Below the pieces are notes generated by a model that saw only the letters and a list, made by a program, of their open reading frames with translations, ran no database searches and was not told the origin of the DNA. A stretch of DNA of 64,000 nt from Lactobacillales bacterium (lineage in GTDB: Bacteria > Bacillota_I > Bacilli_A > RF39 > UBA660), in NCBI GenBank assembly GCA_015059545.1, contig SVAG01000002.1, positions 109,654 to 173,653 of the forward strand, given 5' to 3'. Numbering within the stretch: position 1 is the first letter of the stretch; each line of letters starts with the position of its first letter. Shown here piece by piece: positions 20,063 to 28,911 of this stretch. The translations under genes were made by a program, and so were the position numbers.

Positions 20063-21010
20063 ATGACTATAACACTTAAAGTTAGTGAAAATACTAAAAA
20101 AGAAATGGTTGAATTTTTTGAAGATTTTAAAAGGCCTAAAACTCCTCAATATGCAGTTTTTCAAGCAGATGATGCTGATACGGTTGTAACTTTATATGAA
20201 TCTGGTAAAGCTGTATTTCAAGGTAAGAGTGCTGATATATCTGCTCGTATTTGGATAGAAAGAGAAAGACATTTAAATCCAAATAAAACAATCGATATGA
20301 AAAACAGTGAAGATAAAACAAAAGAAAAAAAAGAAATCATTGTTGATCCAAAAATATATAATTCTAATTCAATTGGTTCTGATGAAGTTGGAACTGGAGA
20401 TTATTTTGGACCTATTGTTGTAACAAGTGCTTATGTTACCAAAGAAGACATTAAATTTTTAGAAGAATTAGGTGTCAAAGATTCAAAAAAATTAGATGAT
20501 AATAAAATATTAGAAATAGTTCCACAAATTATTAAAAGAATTCCATATAGTAGTATGATTTTAACTAACAAAGAATATAATTTAAAATATAATGATGATA
20601 TAAATATGAATAAAATAAAAGCTATATTACATAACAAAGTTTTATTAGATTTAAGTAGTAAATACAAAGCTGATTATATAATAGTTGATGAATTTGCTAA
20701 AGCTCCTATTTATTATAACTATTTAAAAACTTCTAGTAATGTATGCAAGGGTATCACTTTTATGACTAAAGCTGAAAGTAAAGTTTTATCAGTCGCTTGT
20801 GCTTCATTAATTAGTAGATATATATTTATTAATGAATTCGATAAATTAAGTGAAAGTGTTGATGAATTCTTACCTAAAGGAGCAAGTGATAAAGTTGATT
20901 TAGTTGGAGCCAATATAGTTAAAAAATATGGTTTTGATAAATTAAGTGAAATCGCTAAATTAAATTTTAAAAATACTGAGAAAATAAAAAACATTATAGA
21001 TAATCTATAA
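20063..21010 (+). CDS. rnhC: Ribonuclease HIII
   Basis: An N-terminal TBP-like substrate-binding domain is followed by an RNase H domain (GSDEVGTGDYFGP). The protein is 315 aa. The gene is convergent with murC. Confidence 0.8.
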   Translation: MTITLKVSENTKKEMVEFFEDFKRPKTPQYAVFQADDADTVVTLYESGKAVFQGKSADISARIWIERERHLNPNKTIDMKNSEDKTKEKKEIIVDPKIYNSNSIGSDEVGTGDYFGPIVVTSAYVTKEDIKFLEELGVKDSKKLDDNKILEIVPQIIKRIPYSSMILTNKEYNLKYNDDINMNKIKAILHNKVLLDLSSKYKADYIIVDEFAKAPIYYNYLKTSSNVCKGITFMTKAESKVLSVACASLISRYIFINEFDKLSESVDEFLPKGASDKVDLVGANIVKKYGFDKLSEIAKLNFKNTEKIKNIIDNL

Positions 21011-22309
21011 TGTTTTTAATTTTTCTATTAAATCATTTTCTATTTTTGATATATCATTTGGACTCATAAATATATATACTGTAGGTTCATCATTTAATAA
21101 ACTTTCAGCTTCATCTATATTTATATGATATCCATTATCTAAATTATCAATTATTATATTTGAAGTAATATTTGGATAATCTTCTTGTTTTTCTCTAGCA
21201 GGGTGAATATCCATAATATATGATTTATCTGCAATATTTAATACTTTAACTAAATCATCAGCAAATTCTTCAGTTCTTGTGAATGTATGTGGTTGAAAAA
21301 TTGCAACTACTTCTTTTTTTGGATATTTTTGTTTAATTGCTTTTAGTGTTGCTTTTACTTCATTTGGATGATGTGCATAATCATCTATTATAATATTTTC
21401 TCCTACTATAGTTTCTGAAAATCTTCTTTTTGCTCCTTTAAATGTTTTAAAGATTTTTGATACTTCTTTAGCATCTATTCTTTCATAGTAACAAATTGCT
21501 ATAACTGCTAATGCATCAAGTAACATATGTTTACCATATATTGGTAAATCAAAGAATCCATAGTAATTTCCTTCTACTTCTACTTCAAAGCTTGTTCCAT
21601 CTTCCTTATAGTTTACATTTGTTGCTCTTATATCATTATCTTCATCTAATCCATAATAGAATATTGCTGGATTAATTTCTAATGAATGAGTATATGGATC
21701 ATCTCCACATGCTATTACCATTTTTTCTGCTTTATTAGCAAATTCTTGATATGCATCTATTACATCATCTATATCTTTATAATAATCAACATGATCTAAA
21801 TCTATATTTGTAATTACTGCATAATATGGATTATATTCTAAGAAATGTCTTTTATATTCACATGATTCTAGTACAAAAAATTCATTATCTAAAGCTGCAT
21901 ATCCTGTTCCATCTCCAATTAGATAATTAGCTCCTTTTATATTATTTAAAACTAATGACATCATTGATGTTGTAGTAGTTTTCCCGTGGCATCCTGCTAC
22001 ACATATAGTTTTAAATTTATTTGTTAATTTTCCTACCATTTCAACATATGAATATATATCTAATCCTAGTTCATTAGCTTTTACTATTTCTGGGTGATCA
22101 TCTTTAATAGATTCACCTTTAACTATTTTCATATTTTCTTTTATATTATTTTCATCATATGGAAAGAATTCTATTCCTTTTTCTATAAGTCCTTGTTCTG
22201 TAAAAAAATGTTTATCTACATCACTACCTTGTACATTATACCCTAATTCTTTCATTATTTGAGCTAGAGAACTCATTCCAGCTCCTTTTATACCTACAAA
22301 ATGATACAT
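21005..22309 (-). CDS. murC: UDP-N-acetylmuramate--L-alanine ligase
   Basis: The N-terminus is MYHFVGIKGAGMSSLAQI, and the Mur ligase P-loop is GCHGKTTTTSM. Confidence 0.9.
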   Translation of the reverse strand: MYHFVGIKGAGMSSLAQIMKELGYNVQGSDVDKHFFTEQGLIEKGIEFFPYDENNIKENMKIVKGESIKDDHPEIVKANELGLDIYSYVEMVGKLTNKFKTICVAGCHGKTTTTSMMSLVLNNIKGANYLIGDGTGYAALDNEFFVLESCEYKRHFLEYNPYYAVITNIDLDHVDYYKDIDDVIDAYQEFANKAEKMVIACGDDPYTHSLEINPAIFYYGLDEDNDIRATNVNYKEDGTSFEVEVEGNYYGFFDLPIYGKHMLLDALAVIAICYYERIDAKEVSKIFKTFKGAKRRFSETIVGENIIIDDYAHHPNEVKATLKAIKQKYPKKEVVAIFQPHTFTRTEEFADDLVKVLNIADKSYIMDIHPAREKQEDYPNITSNIIIDNLDNGYHINIDEAESLLNDEPTVYIFMSPNDISKIENDLIEKLKTL

Positions 22310-22342
22310 ATCTTCACCTCTATTATAATGTTATACTTTTAT

Positions 22343-23473
22343 TTAGTTTTTGTCAATTAATCTATTATATTCTGCATTCAAATAATCATCTGTCATACCT
22401 GCTATATAATCAATTACTATTCTTTCATTAGAATTATTTTCTAAATATAATTTATCCATTTCATTTATAAATACTTTAAATATTTTTTCTTCTTTTATAT
22501 TTTCATTTAAATGTTTTAAATATGTATTAAATAAAAATCTAAATTGTTTTTCATAAAATTCTATTTGTTCTTTAGTATTTGCTTTAGCATATATACTTTT
22601 ATAATTAAAATCTTTTAATTCTTTAATAGCATTAAATACTTCTTTAGTCATTGTAATATATGGTTTATCATAACTATTTTTTATTATATCTAGTACTATT
22701 GTATTAATTATTTCACTATTTGTTGTACCTAATACATTAGTTATATTATTTGGTATTTCTTCTTTTTTTAATATCCCAAGTCTTACAGCATCTTCGATAT
22801 CTCTTCCAATATATCCTATTACATCACTTATTCTTACTACACAACCTTCTAATGTCATTGGTACTAATTTTTTATTTTGTGATTCATCTATATAACTATT
22901 ATTATACTCATTTAAAAATTCTTCTTTTGTTTTTTTCTTAGGTTCATACTTATCTTGTACAAATTCTCCGTTATGACACATTATACCATCTAATACTTGT
23001 AATGATATATTGCTTCCTAATCCTTTATTTTCTACATACATTAATGTTCTTACACTTTGGATATTATGATTAAAATATCCTTCATTATTTTCTAAACTTA
23101 TTTTATTTAATATTGATTCACCTATATGTCCATATGGAACATGTCCTAAGTCATGACCTAAAGCTGCAGCTTCTATTAAGTCTTCGTTTAGATTTAAAGC
23201 TCTACCTATTGTTCTTGCTATTTTAGAAACCATTTGAACATGTGTCATTCTTTTACTTATATTATCATTATCATTATTTGAAAATACTTGTGTTTTATCT
23301 ATATATCTAGTATATGATAATGAATATATAATTCTATCTATGTCTCTAAAATAAGCTGGTCTTATATCATCTATTTTATCTTCATTAAGTCTTATTGATT
23401 CACTACTTTTAGTAGCAAACTTACTTAAATTATTTTCTTTATTTAATATATTTTGTTTTATATTTTCTAACAT
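22343..23473 (-). CDS. dgt: dGTPase-like HD-domain phosphohydrolase
   Basis: The HD motif is AALGHDLGHVPYGH. The protein is 376 aa. Confidence 0.75.
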   Translation of the reverse strand: MLENIKQNILNKENNLSKFATKSSESIRLNEDKIDDIRPAYFRDIDRIIYSLSYTRYIDKTQVFSNNDNDNISKRMTHVQMVSKIARTIGRALNLNEDLIEAAALGHDLGHVPYGHIGESILNKISLENNEGYFNHNIQSVRTLMYVENKGLGSNISLQVLDGIMCHNGEFVQDKYEPKKKTKEEFLNEYNNSYIDESQNKKLVPMTLEGCVVRISDVIGYIGRDIEDAVRLGILKKEEIPNNITNVLGTTNSEIINTIVLDIIKNSYDKPYITMTKEVFNAIKELKDFNYKSIYAKANTKEQIEFYEKQFRFLFNTYLKHLNENIKEEKIFKVFINEMDKLYLENNSNERIVIDYIAGMTDDYLNAEYNRLIDKN

Positions 23474-23517
23474 ATTACCACCTACTTTAATTTTATCATA
23501 ATATAAATAAAAAGAAA

Positions 23518-23536
23518 ATATCAGAAATTCTGATAT
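23518..23536 (-). terminator. Perfect 8-bp AT-rich hairpin (atatcaga-aat-tctgatat) abutting the alaS-like stop, with a short T-run on the minus strand
   Basis: The inverted repeat is visible in the sequence. It may act as an attenuator between the alaS-like gene and dgt. Confidence 0.3.
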
Positions 23537-25281
23537 TAATCTTCTAATATAGCCTTTATTCTTCTAACACCTGCACTACTTGCTTCTTCTTTTTTGATTT
23601 TGAATGTACCTAACTCATTTGTATTTTTTACATGTGGTCCTCCACATAATTCATGTGATACATCACCGATACTATATACAGTTACAATATCAGGATATTT
23701 TTCTATAAACATACATTCTGCACCTGAAGCAATGGCTTCTTCTTTACTCATTTCTTTTTTAGTTACTTCTAATCCTTCACTAATCCATTTATTTACTAAT
23801 TCTTCAGTTTTTTGTTTTTCTTCATCTGTAAGTTTATGATCACATGAGAAGTCAAATCTTAATCTATCACTTGTTATATTTGATCCTTTTTGATGTACAT
23901 CTTTATTTACTACTACTTTTAATGCTGCATTAAGTAAATGTGTTGCTGTATGATATTTAGTTTCTACTTCACTATTTCCAGATAATCCACCTTTAAATTT
24001 ACCTGCTGAAGCTGTTCTTGATTTTTCTTGATGTTCCTTAAATTTATTATTAAATCCTTCTTCGTCTACTTTTAAATTTCTTTCACTAGCAAGTTCTATT
24101 GTAAGTTCTATAGGGAATCCATAAGTATCGAATAATCTGAATGCTGAAGTTCCATCTATATCTTCATTATTTCTAACTACTTTTTCAAATTCTCTTAATC
24201 CTTTTTCAAGTGTTCTATTGAATTTGATTTTTTCATTATTAAGTACTTCTAATACTACTTGTTCATTATCTACTAATTCTTTATAGTATTTATTATATTT
24301 ATTTAATATTAATTTAGATATTTGTTGTTCAAAATCACTATTAACATCAATATTTAACTTTTTAGCATGTCTTATTGCACGTCTTAGTAATCTTCTTAAA
24401 ATATATCCTTGATCTGTATTAGATGGTTTTATTCCTGCTGGATCTGCTGAAATAAATACAGCTGTTCTTAAATGGTCAGCAATTATTCTCATGCTAGTTT
24501 CATTACCTTCGTATGGTAAGTTAGATATTTTTTCTATTAATTCAATTACATCTTTCCATACGCTTGATAGGTAATTATCATTTACACCTTCTAATATTGC
24601 AGTTGTTCTTTCAACACCCATTCCTGTATCAACATTTTTCTTAGGAAGTTCTGTTACATTTCCTTCACTATCTTTATAGTATTGCATGAAAACATTATTC
24701 CAAATTTCTACCCATCTTTCATCTTCTGGATCAAATGTTGATGGAATTTCATCATCACTTCTAAAATAGAATATTTCTGTATCTGGTCCACATGGTCCAG
24801 TTTCTCCTGCAATCCAGAAATTATCTTCTACAGTTCTAGCTATTCTTTTCTCTTTAATTCCTAAACTTAACCATTTATCATGACTTTCTTGATCAAATGG
24901 AATTAAATCATTTCCTGCAAATACTGTTACAGCTAATTTTTCTACAGGAATATTTAAATGTTTTGTTAAAAATTCAAAACTCCATTCAATACTTTCATTC
25001 TTAAAATAATCTCCTAAACTCCAATTACCTAACATTTCAAAAAATGTATGATGTGTTGTATCTCCAATAGCATCTAAGTCATTTGTTCTTATACATTTTT
25101 GATAATCACATAGTCTTGTTCCATATGGATGAGTTTCTCCCATTAAATATGGAATAAGTGGCTGCATACCTGCAGTATTAAATAAAACTGATGGATCATT
25201 TTCTGGTACTACAGGTGATGATGGTATTTGTTTATGTCCTTTTTCTATAAAGAAATTTATATATAAGTCTTTTAAATTCAT
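23536..25281 (-). CDS. alaS: Alanyl-tRNA synthetase homolog, short form (catalytic, tRNA-recognition and editing core; no C-Ala domain)
   Basis: The N-terminus is MNLKDLYINFFIEKGHKQIPSSPVVPENDPSVLFNTAGMQP. The protein has HHTFFEMLGNWSLGDYFK, then the editing motifs HTATHLL (HxxxH) and ELCGGPH (CxxxH). It stops ~10 aa later at 581 aa. Confidence 0.75.
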   Translation of the reverse strand: MNLKDLYINFFIEKGHKQIPSSPVVPENDPSVLFNTAGMQPLIPYLMGETHPYGTRLCDYQKCIRTNDLDAIGDTTHHTFFEMLGNWSLGDYFKNESIEWSFEFLTKHLNIPVEKLAVTVFAGNDLIPFDQESHDKWLSLGIKEKRIARTVEDNFWIAGETGPCGPDTEIFYFRSDDEIPSTFDPEDERWVEIWNNVFMQYYKDSEGNVTELPKKNVDTGMGVERTTAILEGVNDNYLSSVWKDVIELIEKISNLPYEGNETSMRIIADHLRTAVFISADPAGIKPSNTDQGYILRRLLRRAIRHAKKLNIDVNSDFEQQISKLILNKYNKYYKELVDNEQVVLEVLNNEKIKFNRTLEKGLREFEKVVRNNEDIDGTSAFRLFDTYGFPIELTIELASERNLKVDEEGFNNKFKEHQEKSRTASAGKFKGGLSGNSEVETKYHTATHLLNAALKVVVNKDVHQKGSNITSDRLRFDFSCDHKLTDEEKQKTEELVNKWISEGLEVTKKEMSKEEAIASGAECMFIEKYPDIVTVYSIGDVSHELCGGPHVKNTNELGTFKIKKEEASSAGVRRIKAILED

Positions 25282-25282
25282 T

Positions 25283-25927
25283 TTACTTCTCTCCTTCTAT
25301 GATGTTTGTTATTTCATCTACTACTTCTTCTAATGTCATATTAGTAGTATCTATATATATTTGATTTTCTGTTTTTGTTAATGCTCCAAATTCTTTATGC
25401 ATATCATTATAATCTCTTGCTTCCATACTTTTATATACTTCTTCATATGGAACTTCTATATTTAGCTCTTTATTTTGTCTAAATCTTCTATTAGCCCTTT
25501 CTTCTAATGTTGCATCTAAATATATTTTAATTTCTGCATTAGGAAATACTACTGTTGTTGTATCTCTTCCTTCTAATATTACATCTTTTCCTACTGACAT
25601 TTTTCTTTGTAATTCTACTAAATTTTTTCTTACATCTACTATATTTGATATAAATGAAGCTCTATTAGATACTTCATTTGTTCTAATATCTAATGTTACT
25701 TCTTGTCCATCTAAAAACACTTTTTTATCTTCTGTTATTTCAATATCTAAGTTTTTAGATAGTTCTATTAAATCTTCTTCTTTTTCTACATTGTTTCTAA
25801 TAGCTTTTAAAGCTAAACATCTATATGTAGCTCCAGTATCTACTTTCGTAAACCCTAATTTTTCTCCTATTATATTTGTTACTGTACTTTTTCCACTTCC
25901 TGCTGGACCATCGATTGCTACTACCAT
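25283..25927 (-). CDS. cmk: Cytidylate kinase
   Basis: The N-terminus is MVVAIDGPAGSGKSTVTNIIGEKLGF, followed by DTGATYR. Confidence 0.85.
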   Translation of the reverse strand: MVVAIDGPAGSGKSTVTNIIGEKLGFTKVDTGATYRCLALKAIRNNVEKEEDLIELSKNLDIEITEDKKVFLDGQEVTLDIRTNEVSNRASFISNIVDVRKNLVELQRKMSVGKDVILEGRDTTTVVFPNAEIKIYLDATLEERANRRFRQNKELNIEVPYEEVYKSMEARDYNDMHKEFGALTKTENQIYIDTTNMTLEEVVDEITNIIEGEK

Positions 25928-26439
25928 TTTATCACCTCTATTATATTTTTTACTTTTTGTTCTAACTCTTCTATAGAACTTTTATTTTCTATTTTAAAAT
26001 CATATATATTATAATTATCTAATGCTGTTTCTGTTATATGATTTTTTTCCATATTATTTAAACTATTTTCTCTACCAATAATATTTATAACTGATACATT
26101 TTCATATTTTTCTTTTATACAATTAATTTCTTCTATAAATCTTGCATCACTTACTATTATAACATCAAAATAATTTTTGTACACTTCTATATCTTGTAAT
26201 AATCTATTTATTAAAAATTTATTATCTATTTTTTTTACATAATCGCCTATTTCTTGCAAAAATGTTCTAGGTTTAGTATTTTCATTTCCATCCCATTTTA
26301 ATATATTTTTAGCATATTCTTTTAAATGTGATGCATATGAAATAGTTATTGTTTTTTTATCTTTTAAATTATTTTCTATTATACTAGCTACTCTATTTTT
26401 TCCACTTTCTGCTTTTCCACTTAATATTATTATTTTCAT
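25921..26439 (-). CDS. P-loop protein of the phage-type dNMP kinase-like family
   Basis: The N-terminus MKIIILSGKAESGKN resembles T4 Dnk (MKLIFLSGVKRSGKD). I moved the start to ATG (complement of 26437-26439), which has a GGAGGAA RBS; the track start (TTG) lies inside that RBS. The ORF overlaps cmk by 7 nt. Confidence 0.5.
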   Translation of the reverse strand: MKIIILSGKAESGKNRVASIIENNLKDKKTITISYASHLKEYAKNILKWDGNENTKPRTFLQEIGDYVKKIDNKFLINRLLQDIEVYKNYFDVIIVSDARFIEEINCIKEKYENVSVINIIGRENSLNNMEKNHITETALDNYNIYDFKIENKSSIEELEQKVKNIIEVIKW

Positions 26440-26455
26440 AAATTCCTCCAACAAA

Positions 26456-26640
26456 AGAAAAAACCACTAGCATTTTCTAGGAACGAAAAGCCGTGGTACC
26501 ATCCTAATTTATTCTTAATTAATATAACGGTTAGACCGGTAGTTATTACTACACTAAAAGATAGCTTTCACTAATTATTTTTGTTAGTTTACACCGACCA
26601 CTAACTCTCTTTAAAAAATATATTAGTTACTTATTCTTTA
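26456..26640 (-). promoter_or_regulatory. Putative T-box riboswitch leader
   Basis: The minus-strand RNA contains AAAUUAGGAUGGUACCACGG, matching the T-box consensus AAUUAGGGUGGUACCGCGG. It also has an upstream AGAGAG and an AGUGAAAGCUA stem-I-like element. An ACCAC...CUAG-loop-CUAG-UGGU hairpin plus U-run ends 10 nt before the RBS of the dNMP-kinase-like gene. The region is GC-richer than its surroundings. Confidence 0.55.
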
Positions 26641-26648
26641 TCATTGTT

Positions 26649-27815
26649 TTATCTATCATAATTTAAAATATCATATTTTTCATCAAAGAATAATATTAAT
26701 GCTTTACATGCCGCAATTACAGGTGTTGCGATTACCATTCCAAGTATTCCAAAGAAATGTCCAAATACTAATAATCCTATCATTACTGTAACTGGATGTA
26801 ATTTAGCTGATTTACTCATTATTAATGGTTGTATTAAATTTCCTTCTAAAAGTTGAATTACTACAATACATACTAATACTATAATTCCTGTAGTTGTTGA
26901 TTGTGAGAATGCTACTATAACTGCTGGTGCTCCACCTATATATGGTCCTGCATAAGGAATTATATTTGTAAGTCCACAGAATAATCCAAATAGTAATGGA
27001 GCTTGAAGTCCTGCTATTGCAAAACATATTGAGCTAACTACAAATACTAATGAACAATCTGCAAGTGCTCCATTTATAAATCTTCTAAATGCTGTATTTA
27101 TTTCATTAAATATATCTCTAGTACTACTTTGTAATTTTTTAGGGAATAAAGTTATAACAGAATCTGATACATTATTAAAATTAATAAGTAAGAAGAATCC
27201 AATTATTAATCCAACTAATAAATTACCTATACCTGAGAATAATGATTTTACAAAATTAATAGTTAATTCTGGTAATGATGATGTTAAATTTGTACCTATA
27301 CTTTCTATGTTTTCAAATAATTTCAATTTAAATTCATCAACATCTAAATTATCAATATTTTTTAAATTATTAAGTACTCCATCTAACCATGATTTTATAT
27401 TATCAAATACATTTGGCATTATTTTTACAAAATCATTTATTTGATCTCCCAATAATGGTATTAAAGAACCTAGAATTATACTAATTATTCCTATAAAAAT
27501 TACATATGTTATAGCTGTACCTAATGTTCTTCTAACACCTTTTCTTTGTAACATTGATACAAATGGATCAAATAACCAAGCTACAAAGAAACCAATAAAT
27601 AATGGTGAAATAATTTTTAAAATTGTTAATACATTTTGTTTTACGTGTAACTCTTTTAAAATTATAATAGATATATAAGCACCTACTATAAATAATAAAA
27701 CTGTGAATATTTTTAAAATTGTTTTTGATAATGAAACAACTTCATTAATACCTCTTACATCAAGTTCTGCTTTTTTCTTTTTATTCTCTTTTTTAAATAA
27801 CATACATATCACCAC
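26649..27815 (-). CDS. AI-2E family transporter (UPF0118/PerM-like permease)
   Basis: The 388-aa protein has multiple TM helices and the architecture and motifs of the YueF/YtvI type. Confidence 0.65.
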   Translation of the reverse strand: MVICMLFKKENKKKKAELDVRGINEVVSLSKTILKIFTVLLFIVGAYISIIILKELHVKQNVLTILKIISPLFIGFFVAWLFDPFVSMLQRKGVRRTLGTAITYVIFIGIISIILGSLIPLLGDQINDFVKIMPNVFDNIKSWLDGVLNNLKNIDNLDVDEFKLKLFENIESIGTNLTSSLPELTINFVKSLFSGIGNLLVGLIIGFFLLINFNNVSDSVITLFPKKLQSSTRDIFNEINTAFRRFINGALADCSLVFVVSSICFAIAGLQAPLLFGLFCGLTNIIPYAGPYIGGAPAVIVAFSQSTTTGIIVLVCIVVIQLLEGNLIQPLIMSKSAKLHPVTVMIGLLVFGHFFGILGMVIATPVIAACKALILFFDEKYDILNYDR

Positions 27816-27825
27816 TTATAGTATA

Positions 27826-28329
27826 TCAAATTTTTGTTGGATTTGCTACTAGTTTTTTTATTATTTCTAAAGTTACAATATCATCTTCAATATTATTATT
27901 TGAAATATATTTTTCATTAAAACCATTTTTAATTATTTTATTTAAACTTTTTTTATCTATATTATATTTTAAACAGTATTTTATTAATTCTTTTTTATTA
28001 TTTTGTTTCATTATTATTAAATGTAAATCCCATGATATATTTTTTAATTTATTTATATTTTCATTTTGATATAAACTATAAAATTTTACCATATTATTTA
28101 AATTTCTTCTTGTAAAACCAATTAATAATCCATATTTTTTTCTTAATATATCTTCTACTTCATATATTAAATTATATGATTTTTTATTATTATATAAGTA
28201 TTTTCCTAATAAATAATAGATTAAAACTATTTCTTCTTTTATATATTTATAATCATATTTATTTTCTATAATATTATCTATTTTCTTTATTATTTCTTCC
28301 ATATAACACCTTCTATTTAGAAAAAACAA
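27826..28329 (-). CDS. YhcG/DUF1016 N-terminal-domain-like protein lacking the PD-(D/E)XK nuclease half
   Basis: The stretch LIGFTRRNLNNMVKFYSLYQNE ... ISWDLHLIIM resembles the DUF1016_N signature (GFS.RNL..MR.FY ... LSWSHH..L.). The protein is only 167 aa. Confidence 0.4.
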   Translation of the reverse strand: MFFLNRRCYMEEIIKKIDNIIENKYDYKYIKEEIVLIYYLLGKYLYNNKKSYNLIYEVEDILRKKYGLLIGFTRRNLNNMVKFYSLYQNENINKLKNISWDLHLIIMKQNNKKELIKYCLKYNIDKKSLNKIIKNGFNEKYISNNNIEDDIVTLEIIKKLVANPTKI

Positions 28330-28398
28330 GTCTACCAGAAGTATACTATATTTTGGACGAATAGTAAATAAAAAATAATAGATTTTTTTCTATTATTT

Positions 28399-28911
28399 TT
28401 ATAAATTAGATGTTTGTTGATATATATTCATTAAGCATTTTACTTTTTCTTTATCTCTAGAATTATCGATTAAATATTCTTGTTCTTCTTCTGTTAATCT
28501 ATATAATGATATAAATCTTGTAAATCTAATTAATTCATAATATGATGATAATTTTTTAGCCATTTCAATTATTTCTTTTCTATCTATTATTTCTAATACT
28601 TTTATTTTTTCAGAACAATACATATTATAAAAACCATAATATTCATCATTATATTCTACTATTTTACCAGTTGCTTCTACTTTAGCTATTATTATATCAT
28701 CATCAATTGCATCAAAGTATCTAAGTGTATCTTCAAAATTTTCACAAAAATGAAATCCATTACCATAGTTTCCAAATTTTATTTCATTAAATACTTTATA
28801 AATTTTATCTATTTCAAATTTCATTCCATATCTATTTGTGAAATCTGAATTGAAAGCTTTATAACCTATTAATTTTTCTGGTAATTCTTCTTTTTCAAAA
28901 TTTAAAAACAT
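28399..28911 (-). CDS. Hypothetical protein
   Basis: The 170-aa ORF starts directly after the uvrA stop. I recognise no family. Confidence 0.4.
   Translation of the reverse strand: MFLNFEKEELPEKLIGYKAFNSDFTNRYGMKFEIDKIYKVFNEIKFGNYGNGFHFCENFEDTLRYFDAIDDDIIIAKVEATGKIVEYNDEYYGFYNMYCSEKIKVLEIIDRKEIIEMAKKLSSYYELIRFTRFISLYRLTEEEQEYLIDNSRDKEKVKCLMNIYQQTSNL

Noticed and set aside
20136-20994. The minus-strand ORFs 20136..20321, 20431..20667 and 20719..20994, which lie inside rnhC.
   Set aside because: They are antisense to the well-supported plus-strand RNase HIII gene. They are low-complexity and have no start signals.
26440-26454. The ORF-track start of the dNMP-kinase-like gene at TTG (26452-26454), giving MLEEFMKII.
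   Set aside because: The TTG lies inside the GGAGGAA Shine-Dalgarno that serves the downstream ATG (26437-26439). The product starting MKIIILSGKAESGKN aligns with the family N-terminus.
26456-26640. The GC-richer structured region read as SRP RNA, 6S RNA, tmRNA or a tRNA.
   Set aside because: It has no SRP domain IV motif (GGAAGCAGCCA), no tRNA T-loop (GGTTCGAATCC) and no tmRNA tag ORF. It does contain a T-box signature and sits between a terminator-like hairpin and an RBS, which fits a T-box leader better.
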